A stretch of DNA of 64,000 bases from Lobosporangium transversale (lineage: Eukaryota): the NCBI RefSeq assembly GCF_002105155.1, contig NW_019029003.1:434001-498000 (forward strand), in the 5' to 3' direction. Below the pieces are notes generated by a model that was not told the origin of the DNA, did not search any database, and saw nothing but the letters and a program-made list of their open reading frames with translations. Both the position numbers and the translations under genes were made by a program. This document shows positions 50,065 through 64,000 of this stretch, in pieces (the first letter of the stretch is position 1; each line of letters starts with the position of its first letter).

Positions 50065-52672
50065 ATGACTGAGTCTTTTTCTGCCAATGTTTGCAATCAG
50101 GATGGTGACAACAACACAAGACTTGGTGGCGAGTCTCAGACTAAAGGCAATGCTGGGGGTATAACAAGATTCGAAGGGTTTGAGGGACTTAAAAATACCC
50201 TACTTCGTGTTGGTGAGCAACGACATGAACGTTTCACTCGTGAGATCGCAAATCTGTTTGACGGTACGGTTAATCGCACATGAATGAATTCTGATGCTTG
50301 TATTAAAAAATAAAAAAGCTCCGACAATTAGTAATAAACACTCTCTTTACATTCACGCAATTACTCAGGATATAAAAAATCAACACGAGAAGATGAGGCG
50401 TTTATTATTACCGAGTTTATCGAGGCTAGAAAGAAGTGCGTTTCAATGGAGCTTGAAATTGAGGATCTGAAAAAAGAGTACGCGCAAATGAAAGCTAGGC
50501 TAGAAGGCGCAAAGACTGAAGCAACATCAAGTAGATCACGAGAAGGCGGTAGTAACGATAATACCAATAGCACTGGCACAGAGGTAACTTCCGAGATGAT
50601 AATTGCAAACTTGGAACGGGAGCTTCAAAGGGCAACCCAAGACCTAGTTACAGCTCTTGAAGAAGCGGAGAAGAACCGAAAGGCCTTAGAGGAGCATCAA
50701 CTACGGCTCAAGAATACGGAAGCCACCATCGCTGGTTTGACAGAAGAGAACACCCGGAGAGGAGTGCTTAACGCGCAGTTACATGAAAATATGAGTGCTA
50801 AGACCCAGGAAATCATGCAACACACGTGGAAAGCTACAAATCTTCAAAATACGCTCCAAGCAAAAACGGTTGAAGCCGCACATTTACAATCGGCACTACA
50901 AGAAAAGACATCCTCAGAGTCAAGGCTCCAATTAAGACTGACTGCTGTAGAGAAAGAATTGAAGAATGCGATGGAAGCTTTACAAGAGTATCATGCAGCG
51001 ATGACAGAAAAAATAGGAACTGGTGCTGGCAATGATACACGTGTTACGCGACTTTTAGCCTCATGGACAAATAGTTCATCCCCGATTACGCCTATGTCCT
51101 CGTTAGGGCCTCAATATCAGCAGCAGCAGCAACAACAACAACACCAGCAGCAACAACAACAACAACAACAACACCAGCAGCAGCAGCAGCATCAGCAACA
51201 ACAACAGTATCAGCATCAACAACAACAACAACAACAACAACACCAACAGCAACAGGAACAACAGCAACACCAGCACAAACACCAGCAGCAGCAACAACAG
51301 CCATGCACCCACTCTCCTACCACTTCCATAGACCTGAGTTCACTGACGCAAGAGCAAAGAATTCAGATGAATGCTTTACTATCAAATCAGGGACAAGGAC
51401 TAGGTTCAACGGTTAGTGATCAGGCAAAGCTGCACCAATTCCTTCTGCATCAGCAACAGGTCACACAGCAGCAATTTCCTCACCCTCCACAGTTGCAGAA
51501 TCGGGCCCTAGGCCCACAGCAGCAACCTCAGCGACCGTCTCAAGTCCAGCCATCAACCCAGCTTACACCGCAAGCGCTCTCTGCCCAGCAGCTGCAACAA
51601 CAAAATCTAGCTCTATTATTTCAACATCAGCAAGCAGCCCAGCAGAATCGAGATACACAGTCGCAACATGTACATCAACCAACACAGCAGCAGCTTCATG
51701 CCTATCAAAACCAACAAAGAGCGCAGTTCTCATCGCAGCAGGCCATGCAAATACATCTTCAGCAGCTGTTAGCTCAGCAGTTACAGCACATGCAACAGAC
51801 AGAACATCGCTCTAGCAATCAACAGCAGACTCGTACACCTACCTCGCAACAAGTTAATAATCCCAATTCACTCAATACTCAACAATATCAAACATCGGTT
51901 CTGCAGCCGCAAGCACCCACTCAACAGCCGGCGCAATCACAATACTCAAATCATCCGCAGCAGAGACTATCGCAACAGGTGCGCCAGCACCAACAACAGC
52001 CACAGCAACAACCACAACCACAACAACAACAGCAACAACCACAACAACAACAGCAACAGCCGCAACAACCACCACAACAACGACCATCACAGCAACAGCA
52101 ACAGCAGCCGCAACAACAGCCGCAACAACAGCCACAACAACAGCCACAACAACAACAGCAACCACAGCAGCAACACCATCAGCAGCATCCACAACAACAA
52201 CAGCAGCAGCCACCACAGCAGCAACCACCACAGCAGCAACGGCAACAGAACGTATCTCAGCAGACTCAACCACAGAGGCAACGTCATCGAAATGAGCAAT
52301 TTACGCTCTATGCACTTCCAACGCAGGAGAATATTTCAAGACAAGCTTATGCAAAGGCGATCGACCTTCGAAACGAATGGAATAACATGCATAAGATCTT
52401 GGTGGGCATTAGCCATAGCATTCGCAACGTTGATATTAGCGGTTTGAGTATGACCCAGCAAATATTAATGAAGCAAGAGCTTCTTCAAAAAAGCCAGCTA
52501 CAGATCGAAAATATGAACAAGATTAGGGACGCGATTATCGAAATAGAGAGCGGAAGCACCACATCACCGATCACTACTCAAGTACCTGTATCAATATCCC
52601 AGGCGGCTATCCCTTCATTTAACGTCGTCAATAAGCATGGCGAAGCTAACACATCGGGGTCAAATGCTCAAA

Positions 52673-52705
<33 letters not shown>

Positions 52706-54410
52706 CGGCCACTACAGCAGACCTAACAGTAGTACATATACCAGACACCCCTCCAAAAACAACAGTTGAAAATTTGCCTCAAACCACTTCCCTTACAAGA
52801 CCTAATCAAGATGTCACACACGGTGTTGATACTTCAGGGAAGAATAGTGATACCTTTAAAGCAAAAATTCCGCTCCAGCGGTCATCTCCGCTATTAATGT
52901 CGGTACAGTCAGTACCGCCTCCTGTCAACATCAGTAGCCCTTCGGAGCCACCCACGCTCACACCCACGTCACCACGCTCTGCCAGCAACTTGCCTGAGAA
53001 ATTCGAGCGCCGTCGGGTCCTATCAGCCAGTACCGATCTTTCCATGACTTCGGATCCTGATTCCAGAAGAATGTCTATGTCGCCAGTAGCAGAAGGATGG
53101 AAAGCGATTAAAATGGAGCCAATTGATGTAGATTCTGTTCCAGCTAAGCCAACTAGTAAGGAAATTAGATCACGAGTCCGGTCAGACGACGTATCCATGA
53201 TGTCTTCTAGTTCATCAGTTGTATCAAATGCGCATTCGGGCAGGCTGGACTTGATAGCTAGATCAGGAGACAAGCAAATTGCCTCTGATAGCTCAACCCA
53301 CCACAAATCTACCATGGATATTGATACAAATCAGGAAAACACTCCAGGTGTGCAAGATCAAAGACCGTTGCAGAGCTCGACTTCACATACAGGTAATCCT
53401 TTTACCAACGGCGTCTCATCTATTTCAAATCTTAGCTTTCCACCTACAAGTATCAAAAAACGGAGATATCCTGAGGATTTAAACAATGAGTGCTCAAATT
53501 CTAACATACCGTCACCGCCGACAAGAATATCAGATTCTAAGCGAGGCCTCTCAACACAGAGCATGGATGTAGAAGACTATGGGCCAAATAACAGGATAAC
53601 CATATCCAGTCGCACAAAGCCCTCGCCATCTGTGGACGACAGCAACACTTCCCCCACGGTAGCAAAAAGGACAGCACTCTCCATCACAAGCACCAAATCG
53701 GCTGAGTCCAGCCCTTCTGTAAAGAGATCGGTCTTGAATACCATGTCAATGCTAAAGCAAAATGAGAACCCAGAACCTGAAAACCCAAAATCTGAAAACC
53801 CAAAATCAGCAGACGAGGCACTTAAAGCATGGAACGCCGCATTGCGTTCTGTTAGACTATCGTACAATTCAGCAAAAGGTTGGTGAATATTTATTATTGC
53901 TTAGATGTATGGAAATAATATTTTGTACATGTAAATATTCACTTCAAATATTCCCATGTTAATGCACTTATAGACCTAAAAAATCCTCAAATTAGCAGTA
54001 ACAATGTAGCTAATCAAAATCTTCCTGCTGCTTCGAGCGTTGGCTCCTTACCTGAGGGTAGAAATAAAGAAACAACAGTAGAGCAAGCTCAGGAAGCGTT
54101 GATATCGAAAGCATCGGCGATGGGCCAAGATCAGCAACCTATATCTGATGTAGAATCTGATTCTTTCACGGCGGATGAAGTTATGGAATCAGGATCTGCA
54201 CCAGTCTCTAGATTACGGACCGAGCCAAATATCAAAGTCGTTGTTCACGGAGAGGAAGTGACGACCGGCGAGCGTATGTCGTCCCCCAGAGCCCACATCC
54301 ACGCAGTGAAGATGCAATCGTCAGATGTTTCCGGTCTAACAGCGTCCTTAAAAGAAAATGTCCGCCGCCATGCGCTACCTGCTAAACCTCAGACAATCGT
54401 ATCGCCCTAA
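50065..54410 (+). CDS. Hypothetical coiled-coil, polyglutamine-rich protein (exons 50065-50263, 50369-53878, 53974-54410)
   Basis: 1146-aa core ORF plus in-frame GT-AG-linked flanking exons; N-terminal heptads; polyQ tracts ~51115-51300 and ~51985-52250. Confidence 0.75.
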
Positions 54411-55004
54411 GATGCCAATTTGTCTCTGGAGGAAGGACAAGTGCTTCGCAGGTGGAAAATCCAAACTGGTCAAAACCATAGTCCCCCTATATCGAAAGAC
54501 TGAAAGAGAAGTACCAAGAAAAAAACCCCGTCTAAACTATTTTAAATAAATACGGAAGGAGACAATTATTGGAAGGAGGAATGGTTTTTTGTCCAAATGG
54601 CATTAAAGTCTTCACGTTCTAGTCCTTCATACATTAAAGGGGTAAGGATCAAAGACCATGTAGCCTATTCTTATTAGTTGAACTTCAAGTCTATCACCTA
54701 CAAATGGGGGGAAAATGATCAGCATGTTCTAAGAGGGAGATTCCTTCTCAAAATACGTCGTAAGAGATTATGGAATCTCGCCACTGTGCAGATATAGTTC
54801 ACCTAAAGATCCAGAAGATTGGATGAGCCACGTTTTCTTCCTTCAAGTTAGTCATAGTTGTAATACTAAAGAAAGGATTGAATTTATTTTTTACTAATCT
54901 GTTTACCACCACATAGTAATTGGTTTTCACATCTAAGTGTACACTGTCTGAATGTACATTTAATTTAACCCATAGTTTTCGAAAACCAATTCTCAGCAAC
55001 ACCT

Positions 55005-58000
55005 TTACTTTTCTAGCTCGCTCCGGATCAACGTCGCTACTTCCGAGATGCTTGGGAGGGGATCATTCTTTACAATGGAGAGTACATCATGAAGCTTGGT
55101 CAAAACAACAGGAGTAAGAGCATGTGTACCTACCAAGGTTGAATAAAGCCATTCATCAGTCAATCACCCATGATAACTTTCAATATAATGAATTGTTATT
55201 AAAATAATAATACGCATTTACCTTTAAGTTTATCAACGAGAGCCTTCAGTAAATCCAGTCCTTGATTCCTTAAAGCAACATATTTGTAGTCTTGCAAACT
55301 ACCCTCCAGTAGTGAATCAAGAAGGGTCAAAAGTGATTCTTCAGATATCACTTTCCTCTCAGGCACATCAAGCCGCAGTCTCTCCAGGAACTTCTCTAAA
55401 CCCACAATCAGAGCACTGCGAACGTTCCAGACATTTCGCACAAGCGCCTTGCAAACACAAGATACAAATTCTTCCGAGTATTGCTCTAGAAATTTTGGTA
55501 TGATGAACAATGTCAATATTTTGGAGCATACATGCCAGGCTCTATTACTTTTAGTATCTCAAGAGCTTCGTATACCTTGTGAGTGAACATCCGTCGTCCA
55601 TGCCATTCCTAAAGTTTTGGCTGCATTGGCCATAATAATTAGTTGCAACGGCTTTCCTTGTTCTTCATCATCGCCATCGCTGTCTCCTTCGTTTTCAACA
55701 ATTGGAATAAGAATGGATTTGACTTCTGAATAAAAATCAAGCTCTGGAAAGTTATCCAACAATGTTCCAAGTGCACTGATAGCATGTCGACGGTACTGCT
55801 TGTTTATCTTCTTGGACTCCCTTAAGAGAACCTAAGCACGAAATATTTAAAGCTTGTTAGCATATATTTTTATCAAAGGTATTCATCCCAATACTAATCT
55901 GCAATGTTGAATACCTTGGCAATGTCTTGTAATTTAGTTGGGTTCATAACAAAAAACTCTTTAGCAGAGATGGCTATTGCAGGCAGTAGCTCTGCAATGT
56001 GCTCCTTGCCTTCCCAAGTCCTTCCAGAGAGCCCATCCAAAACCAAAGGTAAAAGGAGATCCATATTGCCAGTTAAATCTAAGTGGAATGTGAAGAAACA
56101 ATGTTCACCATTAGCCTGATCGCTAGGTTTGAGAAGGTGAATGTGCTCGCGTTGACTTACCAATTATTTCTGACATAGCTTTAAGCGCGGATGCAGATTG
56201 CTTCTTGGCATTCCAGGAACTTGAAGTAAGCTGCTTAGATAACAACTGGATGATTTCGAGCGCATAGAGCTTAACAGCTGAAGAGGAGCCACTGGTATTG
56301 TCTTCCCAAACTTCCTTCCAAATATCACTGATAGTCTTATTCGAGTCAAATGTCCCGTAATAAACAGTAGGAAGGATGGCCGACGCCACGCCTTTGAATT
56401 TGTCAGATGCGTTCTTCGAGATTTCACGCACCGTGATAGCAGAGATGGAGCGTAGTTCCTCCTCTATGTAATGCGAAAAAAGCCTTGTTAGAATAGGACA
56501 GGACACTATTGATCCATAAGATCATTGATAGCAGGTTATTTTTACCTTCTGTGTCGAGGTAGTAGCCAATCAGACGCTCAATAAACCTGACCAACTGGCT
56601 ATCTGTAGTCAATCTTGAGAGGTATCCTACTGCCACTGCATACGATTTCCGAACAGCTGGGGATTTATCCTTAATCGCTGATCCCAAGATTTTCAGGATG
56701 GCATCACTATACGGCGCAACAAGCGAAGGTTTCTTAATACAGATGGACACTAGGAGGTGGGCACACCCCGCCTATGAAGCATACAAGTTTAATGTACGAA
56801 CAAGTAAAACGTTAATCTTTCGATACCATGCTACATGATAGCGAAACTGTATTTGGCCTTATCATGACTTCGATTTACCTTCGTTGGAAGGCCGACCGCC
56901 TTTTTAATCACTACTATAACCTGCTCCGAAAGAGCTGGCATTGTAGACTCATCAACGTTCTCAAGGCAAGCTTCAACGCCCTCCATCTGTCATACATTTT
57001 TAATAAATATTTAGTAGTTGTCTCATCAATTCACGATTTGATTACAGAGAATAGTCGTACCATTGGTGATAGCTTTGCTGCATTTAGTCTTGTGCTCTCT
57101 AACTGTTCTTGAGATACTTGATATTTTTCAGTATGAAAGCTTAGGTAATCTAAAAGAAAAAAAAAAAAAAAAAGTAAATTCTTACTGCACAAATTAGACT
57201 TTACTATCAGATATTTGATTGCCTTCATACTCATCATTTGCGGCTCCATTGACGTCAATCCCTCCAACAGCGCCACAACGATTGATGGTATATGGGTTTG
57301 GAGGAGTGGGCCCGCTTGTTTGCAAATCTTGAGAATAGTGGACAAACTAAACTTGGAAACCTCTTCTGCACTCGACATCAATCCTTTTTGAAGCAAGAAG
57401 GGGACCATTATGTCCAATACTCTTTGACCCTGTGAAGCAGTGACATGCTTCGGGTCACAATATTTCACGGTCATCATTGTTAAAGCCTTGCATGTCTTGA
57501 AAGCTGCAGTGCGGACGCTTTCTTTAATATCATCCAATGTGCGGAAGGACATGGTCCAAATATCCTCAAGATATTTTTCAATTTCCTCGATAGATCGTCC
57601 TTGAAGGAGATCCGCCATGGCCAAACAGCTATATGTCCAGCAAATACATTTGATAAGCATTTTCATTAAGGTTAATGAGTTATCTCGGAGGCGCTACACA
57701 TCTCAAACCGATCTATTAACTATTCACCTTGATTCCCGTGTCCTCCAAGCCCTGGCGCCCATGCCTTCTAGCAGGTCCTTGACGATAACATCAAAATATT
57801 CTTGAACTGCCTTTTTAGGCTCTTTCACCAGCGCTCTCCAAATACTGGTCATTGCATCATGCACCTTTGGGTTAGGGTCATACTGGTAGCGGTAGAGTCG
57901 GGGGATCAATGTTGCTAAATATGGTTTTAATTCCGCTTCTGCCTGAGAAACAATGGTGGAAAATCCGAATGCAGCGCCTTTTCGTGACTGCCACATTGAG

Positions 58001-61000
58001 TTATGGCTAGCCAGATGCATGAACTTGTACACGAGCTCAGGTTGATTCATATCGCTTGCCAAAGAAAGAATAGACTGGTATGTTGAGAGCGACGATCCAT
58101 CTGGCGCTTGACCTAGAGCATTACCTTCAAACAATTCTGTATCTCCTGTGACCTTTGGTGCCGCCTTCCTTCCTTCCCCAAACATTCCCACAAGTGATTC
58201 GACAAGCTGGCTTCGGATCGACTGATCACCGAGCTCATACACCAAACCAATTCCTTTGGACGCTACTTCTTGCGTGAGCTCTAGTTACGAGGAGAAATAA
58301 ATATAGGAGAAGCTATTGTTAGGCAAAATGGTGGCTCGGCAACACATAGTATTAGAATTGTAGGCTGGAACATACCATCACGATCAGATAAAAGGCTGGA
58401 GAAAACAGCGTGGATCTTAGGAAGCTGAGTCTATATGATAGGTAAGGTACGTTTATAGTAAAGAGTAGAAAAATATAGCTCAGCTGAATTCGTCTGGCTT
58501 CGCGACAGGTTATTTAGCCACAAATATTACCTTGATACTTGCATGGCTGGCGCAGAACTTGACTAATGAAAGCAACCAGATACATGCAGCTTTTTTCAAT
58601 GCAGCTTTTGGACTATTGCTCATATCATTGAGAATAGAATTTAGAATGCCATCCATAACCGACGATGGAACTTCATCCGTTGACGGCTCTTTGTCCGCTA
58701 TATCAGCGAAAGTATCCATGAGAGTGCATTGCCAACCAGCTCCGATACAAGCAATAGCCTCACCAATAGTAAAGTTCAGTTCGGCCTGCTTAGTCTGTTT
58801 CGGGCCAAAGTCGTACAAAAATGATAATATGTCATGAGATTGGCTTGGATCGCCTACACTAATGTGGCCAAGTGCCGTGATTGCCTGCTCCTGCGTTTTG
58901 ACATCCGTAGTATTGTTGGCTACGCCAATGATTTTCTGTATAACCTTAGTAGTATCATCTGATGGTAGTATACCATATCTGCCAATCTCTCCTAGTGCGG
59001 CACATGCTCCTGAAACAAACATACTTTGCTTTCCATCGAGTAGCGCCACAATATCATTAACAATACTCTGCATTTCCAGTATAGGTATTATTTCAGAACT
59101 CTGGTTAGAATAGCGGTATTTGAGGCGCCCCAGTAGGAAACCAATAGTCAGAACGCTGCCATGCTGCTGCTCGCTAGATATCTGCGATAATAAAGCGTGA
59201 AAGGAAATTAGGATTGAAGCACACACCCGATCATCTGTATAACCATGTGCTACTCCACTTACCGACTTGGATGTATCTTTGATAGTAGAATGTAGACCAT
59301 GCATGAGCTGTAAAAACACTTCGCGCTGAGCGCTGAGGGCCCCGAGGTTATCTGTTCCTACGATCCCAATGATATGTGCAACAGCGACCCGAGATTCGAG
59401 CTTTGGGGAGCCAATGAAGGACTGAAAAGCCACGTTCATTAGATGACCTTATAAGTCAGAACAGAATGATAATGTAAGAAATGGTATACACGTACCTTAA
59501 ACCAACCCAATCGATGAGCGTATTGCTGGGAAAGACTGCTCGGAGCAAGAGACAAAAGCTCAAGTAGGCATGTCAATGCAGTTGAATGAAGAAATTTTTC
59601 TATATATTTTTATGACCGATTTAGTTAGTGGGGGAATTAAAGAGGAGGCCATTGTAAAAGACGTCATTACCCACCATGAGACCCTTGGTAATTCATAGCA
59701 GCTTCAAGAAAGAAGATATAACGTGACATTGTTTTTTGTTCATTGTCAATTTGGTTATCAAGGTCCCACATTTTCTTAAGAAAATCTTTGATCCGTGTAC
59801 GTGTCGATGGCGTAAATACAAATTGCTGCAGCTCGTATTCATTAGACGATTCCTCAATAATTACTTCTGGATCTGCAGTTGTGATTAAGAGGCGCCTGAA
59901 GAACTGGAGCATATGTGTATATACTTCCAATGAGTACCCCATTAGAGTAGATTTCCCAGAAGCCCATCTTCCCTGCATTCCAGTAGTATGCTCTTTTAGT
60001 GCTACCGACTTAGCTGTTATCAATTCCAATAGTTGGGTAAAATTTGGTAGTAGAGTGGCCTCATCAGAAGAAAGGTTTTGCTCAAGTAGGCGTGCAGTTG
60101 GGAAGGTTAGTCCACGTTTGGCTTCCTCTCGAATTTCAAGTTTTTCATCTGCTACAGTCATCAGACACACATATTTTGAAAAAATATCTGAAAAGGAGAA
60201 AAGGATATTGGCGTATTTAACAGCACAGTATCTTGCTTGATGCTCTTCCTATAAATGAAGAAGTTCCACGGGTCAGTGAATGTTTTAGAATTGGAGTAGA
60301 TTTAACTACGTTTCTAAAGTAAATGTTTACCCTATTCATATTATCTTCAATTAATGATCGAATTCGTGCGACATCAGCATCAGTAGCCCAATCCTTCAAT
60401 GGATGAAAAGCATCCAACATCGTGCAGATACTCTCTTGAATAGACATCTTTACGTTCGAAGATTGAGTGGCTAATTGGTCAAACAGACCGCCCAGAATAG
60501 TCAGATCATTTCTGAAAAGCTCGGGCACTATTATTGAAAAGGAAAATGAGTGAGCTTGATATTATGGGTTGCTGAATTAGCAAGCTCCCACGATGCACGC
60601 AGCTCAGAGATGACTTGCCTCGTTTAGAGATTAATGCCAGAGCCATATAAGCAAAGCCTTTGGATGTTTCGCTTTCTGGTTAAATAAGTAATTAAAGAAT
60701 GGCAATAGGATAATTTATCAATACTTTTTGACTACAACCGCTTCCTGGGGCTCAGGAGTAGGAATATTTGAACAGCAACACTACTGGGCCTACCTAAGCC
60801 ACGTGCATCTTCGCTTTCGCGGATGTACTTGAGCATCCCAGAGAGAAGAACTGGCGCCATCGGTTTCAGGGTTGATAAAGACGCCTTTAAACAAAATAGC
60901 GATGTGCATTAGCGAGACGCTATAGAAGGGCCTTTGCACAGACATCAAGCAAGCAAGAATATCAGAGCATTTATACCATCCTTGCAATCCATTGAACAAA

Positions 61001-62888
61001 AGCCATGCCTGCCATTATTAATTTTGCATTTGTTTTGGTACCTAAGGGTAGAAGCGCGTTACTAAATAATAGTACATCTTTATACTGCCAAGCTAACAAC
61101 TGCTGTTGCTTATAGCGTAAATAGTTGGCTTACCATACAGACAGTCAAATGAAACTTGAAGTGCAGATGGGAAGGAATCCGCTGCTACCTTTGACTTTGA
61201 AAGATAGCCCATGATCCTCAGCTTAATTGGATTCGAGCTTGGCTGACGGATGGTGTCCTCTTGGCCTATAAGACCATACATAAAGTTAGCGTGTTAATGA
61301 ACTTGTACAGTTAGGCTCCGTTCTAGTGTTTTTCTTCTTACCAGCAATGGGCTTTCCTTTATTGGACCCTTGATACATTTCATAAAGTCTATCGATGACC
61401 ATCTTGTTCTCAAAGTCAGGGGCTTTGATACGCTTCAGCCCATCCTCGCCCATGCTTGAAACCTCGTGGTAGGCATCGCCAGAAGCAGCGATTAGCGCTA
61501 TGAACCTTTCAAGGTGTATTTGCGCAGGTAACGAATCCGGGAAATTTACAGTCGAGTTAATAAATCTCAACACTCCAATCTAGCAGATGCAAATAATAAT
61601 ATAATTAGGCACAAGCACAAGTGCACAAAAGATTTAATTTTAAGTGAAATGAACCACTATTAAAGAAGGCTGACCTTAACGTTCTTGAGTTCGCTTGTAG
61701 AGGCCCAAGAAGCTTTTCCACTGTTTGTTACAAGCTGTACAGAATGTGGACTCATTCCTTCAGGAGGAGGATTCATGATAGGAAGTAATCCGGTTGCATT
61801 AGATTGGTTGTCTCCAGAGCTGTTAATAGAGGCGAAAATATTGATGGAGGTTAAAGATTAATAGCATTCGGAATGCTGCTGCAAAAAAAAAAAAAAAAAA
61901 AAAAAAAACGGACCTGGATGTAGCATTGTCTCTTTGCTGTCGCTGAGTATGTGATGATCCAATTAATGGTTGGCGATAGAGGAGGACATCTTGGAATCGT
62001 AAAAGTAAGCACATAGCATCCGATGGGGAGCCTGTAAAACCGTAAGGATCTGTCATAGTGCTATCCTCATTGATTTGTTTTATCGATGAAAGAGCCTGAA
62101 TAAAATCGAGGGTTACTTAGAGCTGGAGAAGCAAACGGATCCGATGCATGCATTCTAATTAAAGTTTTAGCAATCTAATAGCTTACAGCAATCGCCATGT
62201 GGAGCAGAGTGGTTTGCTGTGCTACTGGGCGACGGGAAATGCCTTTAATCAATTGAGGCAAGGCTTCCAACTTGTCCTACGTTCATTTCAGTTTACCAAA
62301 TCCCTTTCTACATTAGTATTGAGTGTTATAGGGAGCCCCTCTTTTTACGTTTGTGGATTGCGACCTCATTCACACAGATAATAAAGTCCTACCTGTAAGG
62401 AAATACGTTCGTACCCTAGTTCAATATATATTAGAGTGAAGTTTTTGACAAGAGGAGAGCTACTGTCTGAGAATTGCTTCAGTAGTGCAGGGACAGGTAG
62501 CTTGATCTCCGGTTTGGGTCTCACCCGTCTGTTGATGTGTGTCAGAATGCTCACCACCTTATAATATATTTAGCATTGATCAATAAGAATACCAAGTACC
62601 ACAAAATCTACAAACGCAATTTGCATTATCAAGGTCGATATCTGTCTTACTTTTGCGCGCACGTTCTCAGCAGGACTTGCAAGCTTCAAGAGCACAGGAC
62701 ATAAGAAAGTATTGAGAGTTTTTTCTAATTGAGCGTCACTCTCTGCTAAAGCAAACCGTAACTCGACATTGTCTAGGAGCTCTAATCAAAGGAAACAACC
62801 CCTCATGCTGCGTTAGTAACATAACATTATTGTTGTAGAAAGTCTTTTGCCATCCAAATTATCCCGAACCTAAGTCTTTTTCGACCAT
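55005..62888 (-). CDS. ECM29: Proteasome adaptor and scaffold ECM29 (HEAT repeats), many exons
   Basis: ELLDNVELRFALAESDAQLEKTLNTFLCPVLLKLASP, ILTHINRRV..IKLPV, ILSLASDMNQPELVYKFMHLASHNSMWQSRKGAAFGF, LIPRLYRYQYDPN, TLDDIKESVR. Confidence 0.93.
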
Positions 62889-63234
62889 GGTGTTATTGGT
62901 AAGCTGAATAGTTTTGAGTTGAAAGAATTTCAAATGCAGACTGAGTTTGTATAAACGTGAATGTGAATGTGAATGTAGATGAATAGAAGAAATGCAGAAA
63001 AAGATAGGAGTGTATCTCTTCTCCAATTGGATACACGTAACAGCGACGCGCGTCAGTTACAGTCATATAATTTCGCCAACATTGCTGTTCTAGCTAAATC
63101 AATAATACTATTTGGTCAAAATAAGTGTGAAAGACCCTATTTATTTTTAGTTTGTCCACCTGATGTAATGTCGCCTTTCTTGCATTATTACGCACACATT
63201 CATTCGTTTTATTGCTTCCAAACAACCCTCAACA

Positions 63235-64000
63235 ATGAACACAGAACGACTTACATTAGCCAACGACTCTACACCGCCACGCTTCGCTCAGAGCTTTTGG
63301 GTAAGAGGGAATTCCCTTACGTATACTTTCCTGAAGCAATTTATTTAATACTTAACGATTGCATTCATACTCCATCTGGGAACTTTCGTTGTAGCAATAA
63401 TTACAACAGTATTGACCTTGTTACATAAGCGCCTTTCTAGGGAAAGGATGATGCCGGATACTCTGCACTTGCAACACGCATGCGCCACGCCAAACTGACT
63501 TGTCAAGAGGTCTTAGGCATGTTTCAGGCTCGGTGAGTTTAATATCCATCCAATTATTTCTCTGAGGAGTCATCTGAGGATCTACAAAAAGACTGCGACT
63601 ACAGTCTCATAAAGAATTCACCAACCAGCCTTAATTCCTCTATTAACGGCTGTTTGCTTGTCATGGGCTTCTTTATCACTATTATTTTGTGTCTAGCGCT
63701 GCCCTTGAAGAGGAATATGGAAAGAAATTAATCAAATTGTCAAAGTCGCCGCTGGGTAAAGACGAGCTAGGGTATGCAATATTGGTTTTCTGAGAATGAT
63801 GTAATGGCGCTCTGGAGACAACAATAGATACATGATGCATCTAAAATGACCTAGCGCCGACCAATGGTTTGAAAATAACGGACCTTTCTAGATCACTTCG
63901 CGATTCTCTTAATGTCGTCCGATATGAAATTGAAGCCACCGGAAAATCCCATGTTGAGCTGGCAGGCAAAATGCGTGATCAGTTGGAGCTTGCCCTTGCA
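63235..64000 (+). CDS. F-BAR/FCH domain protein (Cdc15/Imp2/Hof1-like), runs off window; exons 63235-63300, 63441-63532, 63697-63771, 63892->64000
   Basis: Spliced translation FAQSFW|GKDDAGYSALATRMRHAKLTCQEVLGMFQAR|AALEEEYGKKLIKLSKSPLGKDELG|SLRDSLNVVRYEIEATGKSHVELAGKMRDQLE. Not represented in the ORF track. Confidence 0.85.

Noticed and set aside
51092..52299. Poly-Leu/Val/Ala minus-strand ORFs
   Set aside because: Antisense shadows of CAG/CAA polyglutamine tracts.
60185..60210. ATATCCTT on the minus strand resembling a U12 (AT-AC) donor in ECM29
   Set aside because: The sequence reads through in frame as KYANILFSFSDIFSKYVCL, i.e. coding.
62979..63428. 149-aa ORF
   Set aside because: It overlaps the promoter, first exon (in another frame) and first intron of the F-BAR gene; no recognisable motif.
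1..64000. tRNA/rRNA genes
   Set aside because: None recognised by eye; tRNAscan-SE/Infernal would be needed to exclude them.

Overview
Intron-rich fungal genomic DNA with short GT-AG introns and long A/T homopolymers. The gene style suggests an early-diverging fungus such as Mortierellaceae/Mucoromycota (inference only). Ordinary genes occupy both flanks: Dis3L2-type RNB exonuclease, a giant Ser-rich/coiled-coil protein, an HSL-family lipase, GUF1/LepA, DUF3605, the VRG4 GDP-mannose transporter, a DNMT1-RFD-like protein, NOC3, a bZIP/DUF3425 factor, a beta carbonic anhydrase, a polyQ protein, ECM29 and the start of an F-BAR gene. Between them lies a mobile-element-rich island (~25.5-36.9 kb). 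The main find is a spliced gene (27029-31208, +) joining an N-terminal XPG/FEN1-like PIN nuclease to a C-terminal Fanzor/TnpB-type RuvC plus zinc finger. All three RuvC catalytic acidic residues are present, with the Fanzor-style rearranged Glu. A decayed, highly diverged paralog lies divergently just upstream. Both copies are followed by the same non-coding 62-nt element (56/62 identical), containing a hairpin whose only differences fall in the loop. In both copies this runs into a spliceosomal-intron-like segment and then a second short shared block. It is a strong candidate for an omegaRNA scaffold, possibly spliced, next to copy-specific guide sequence. A decayed DDE transposase plus chromodomain element follows. 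All calls are by-eye reading; no searches were run.
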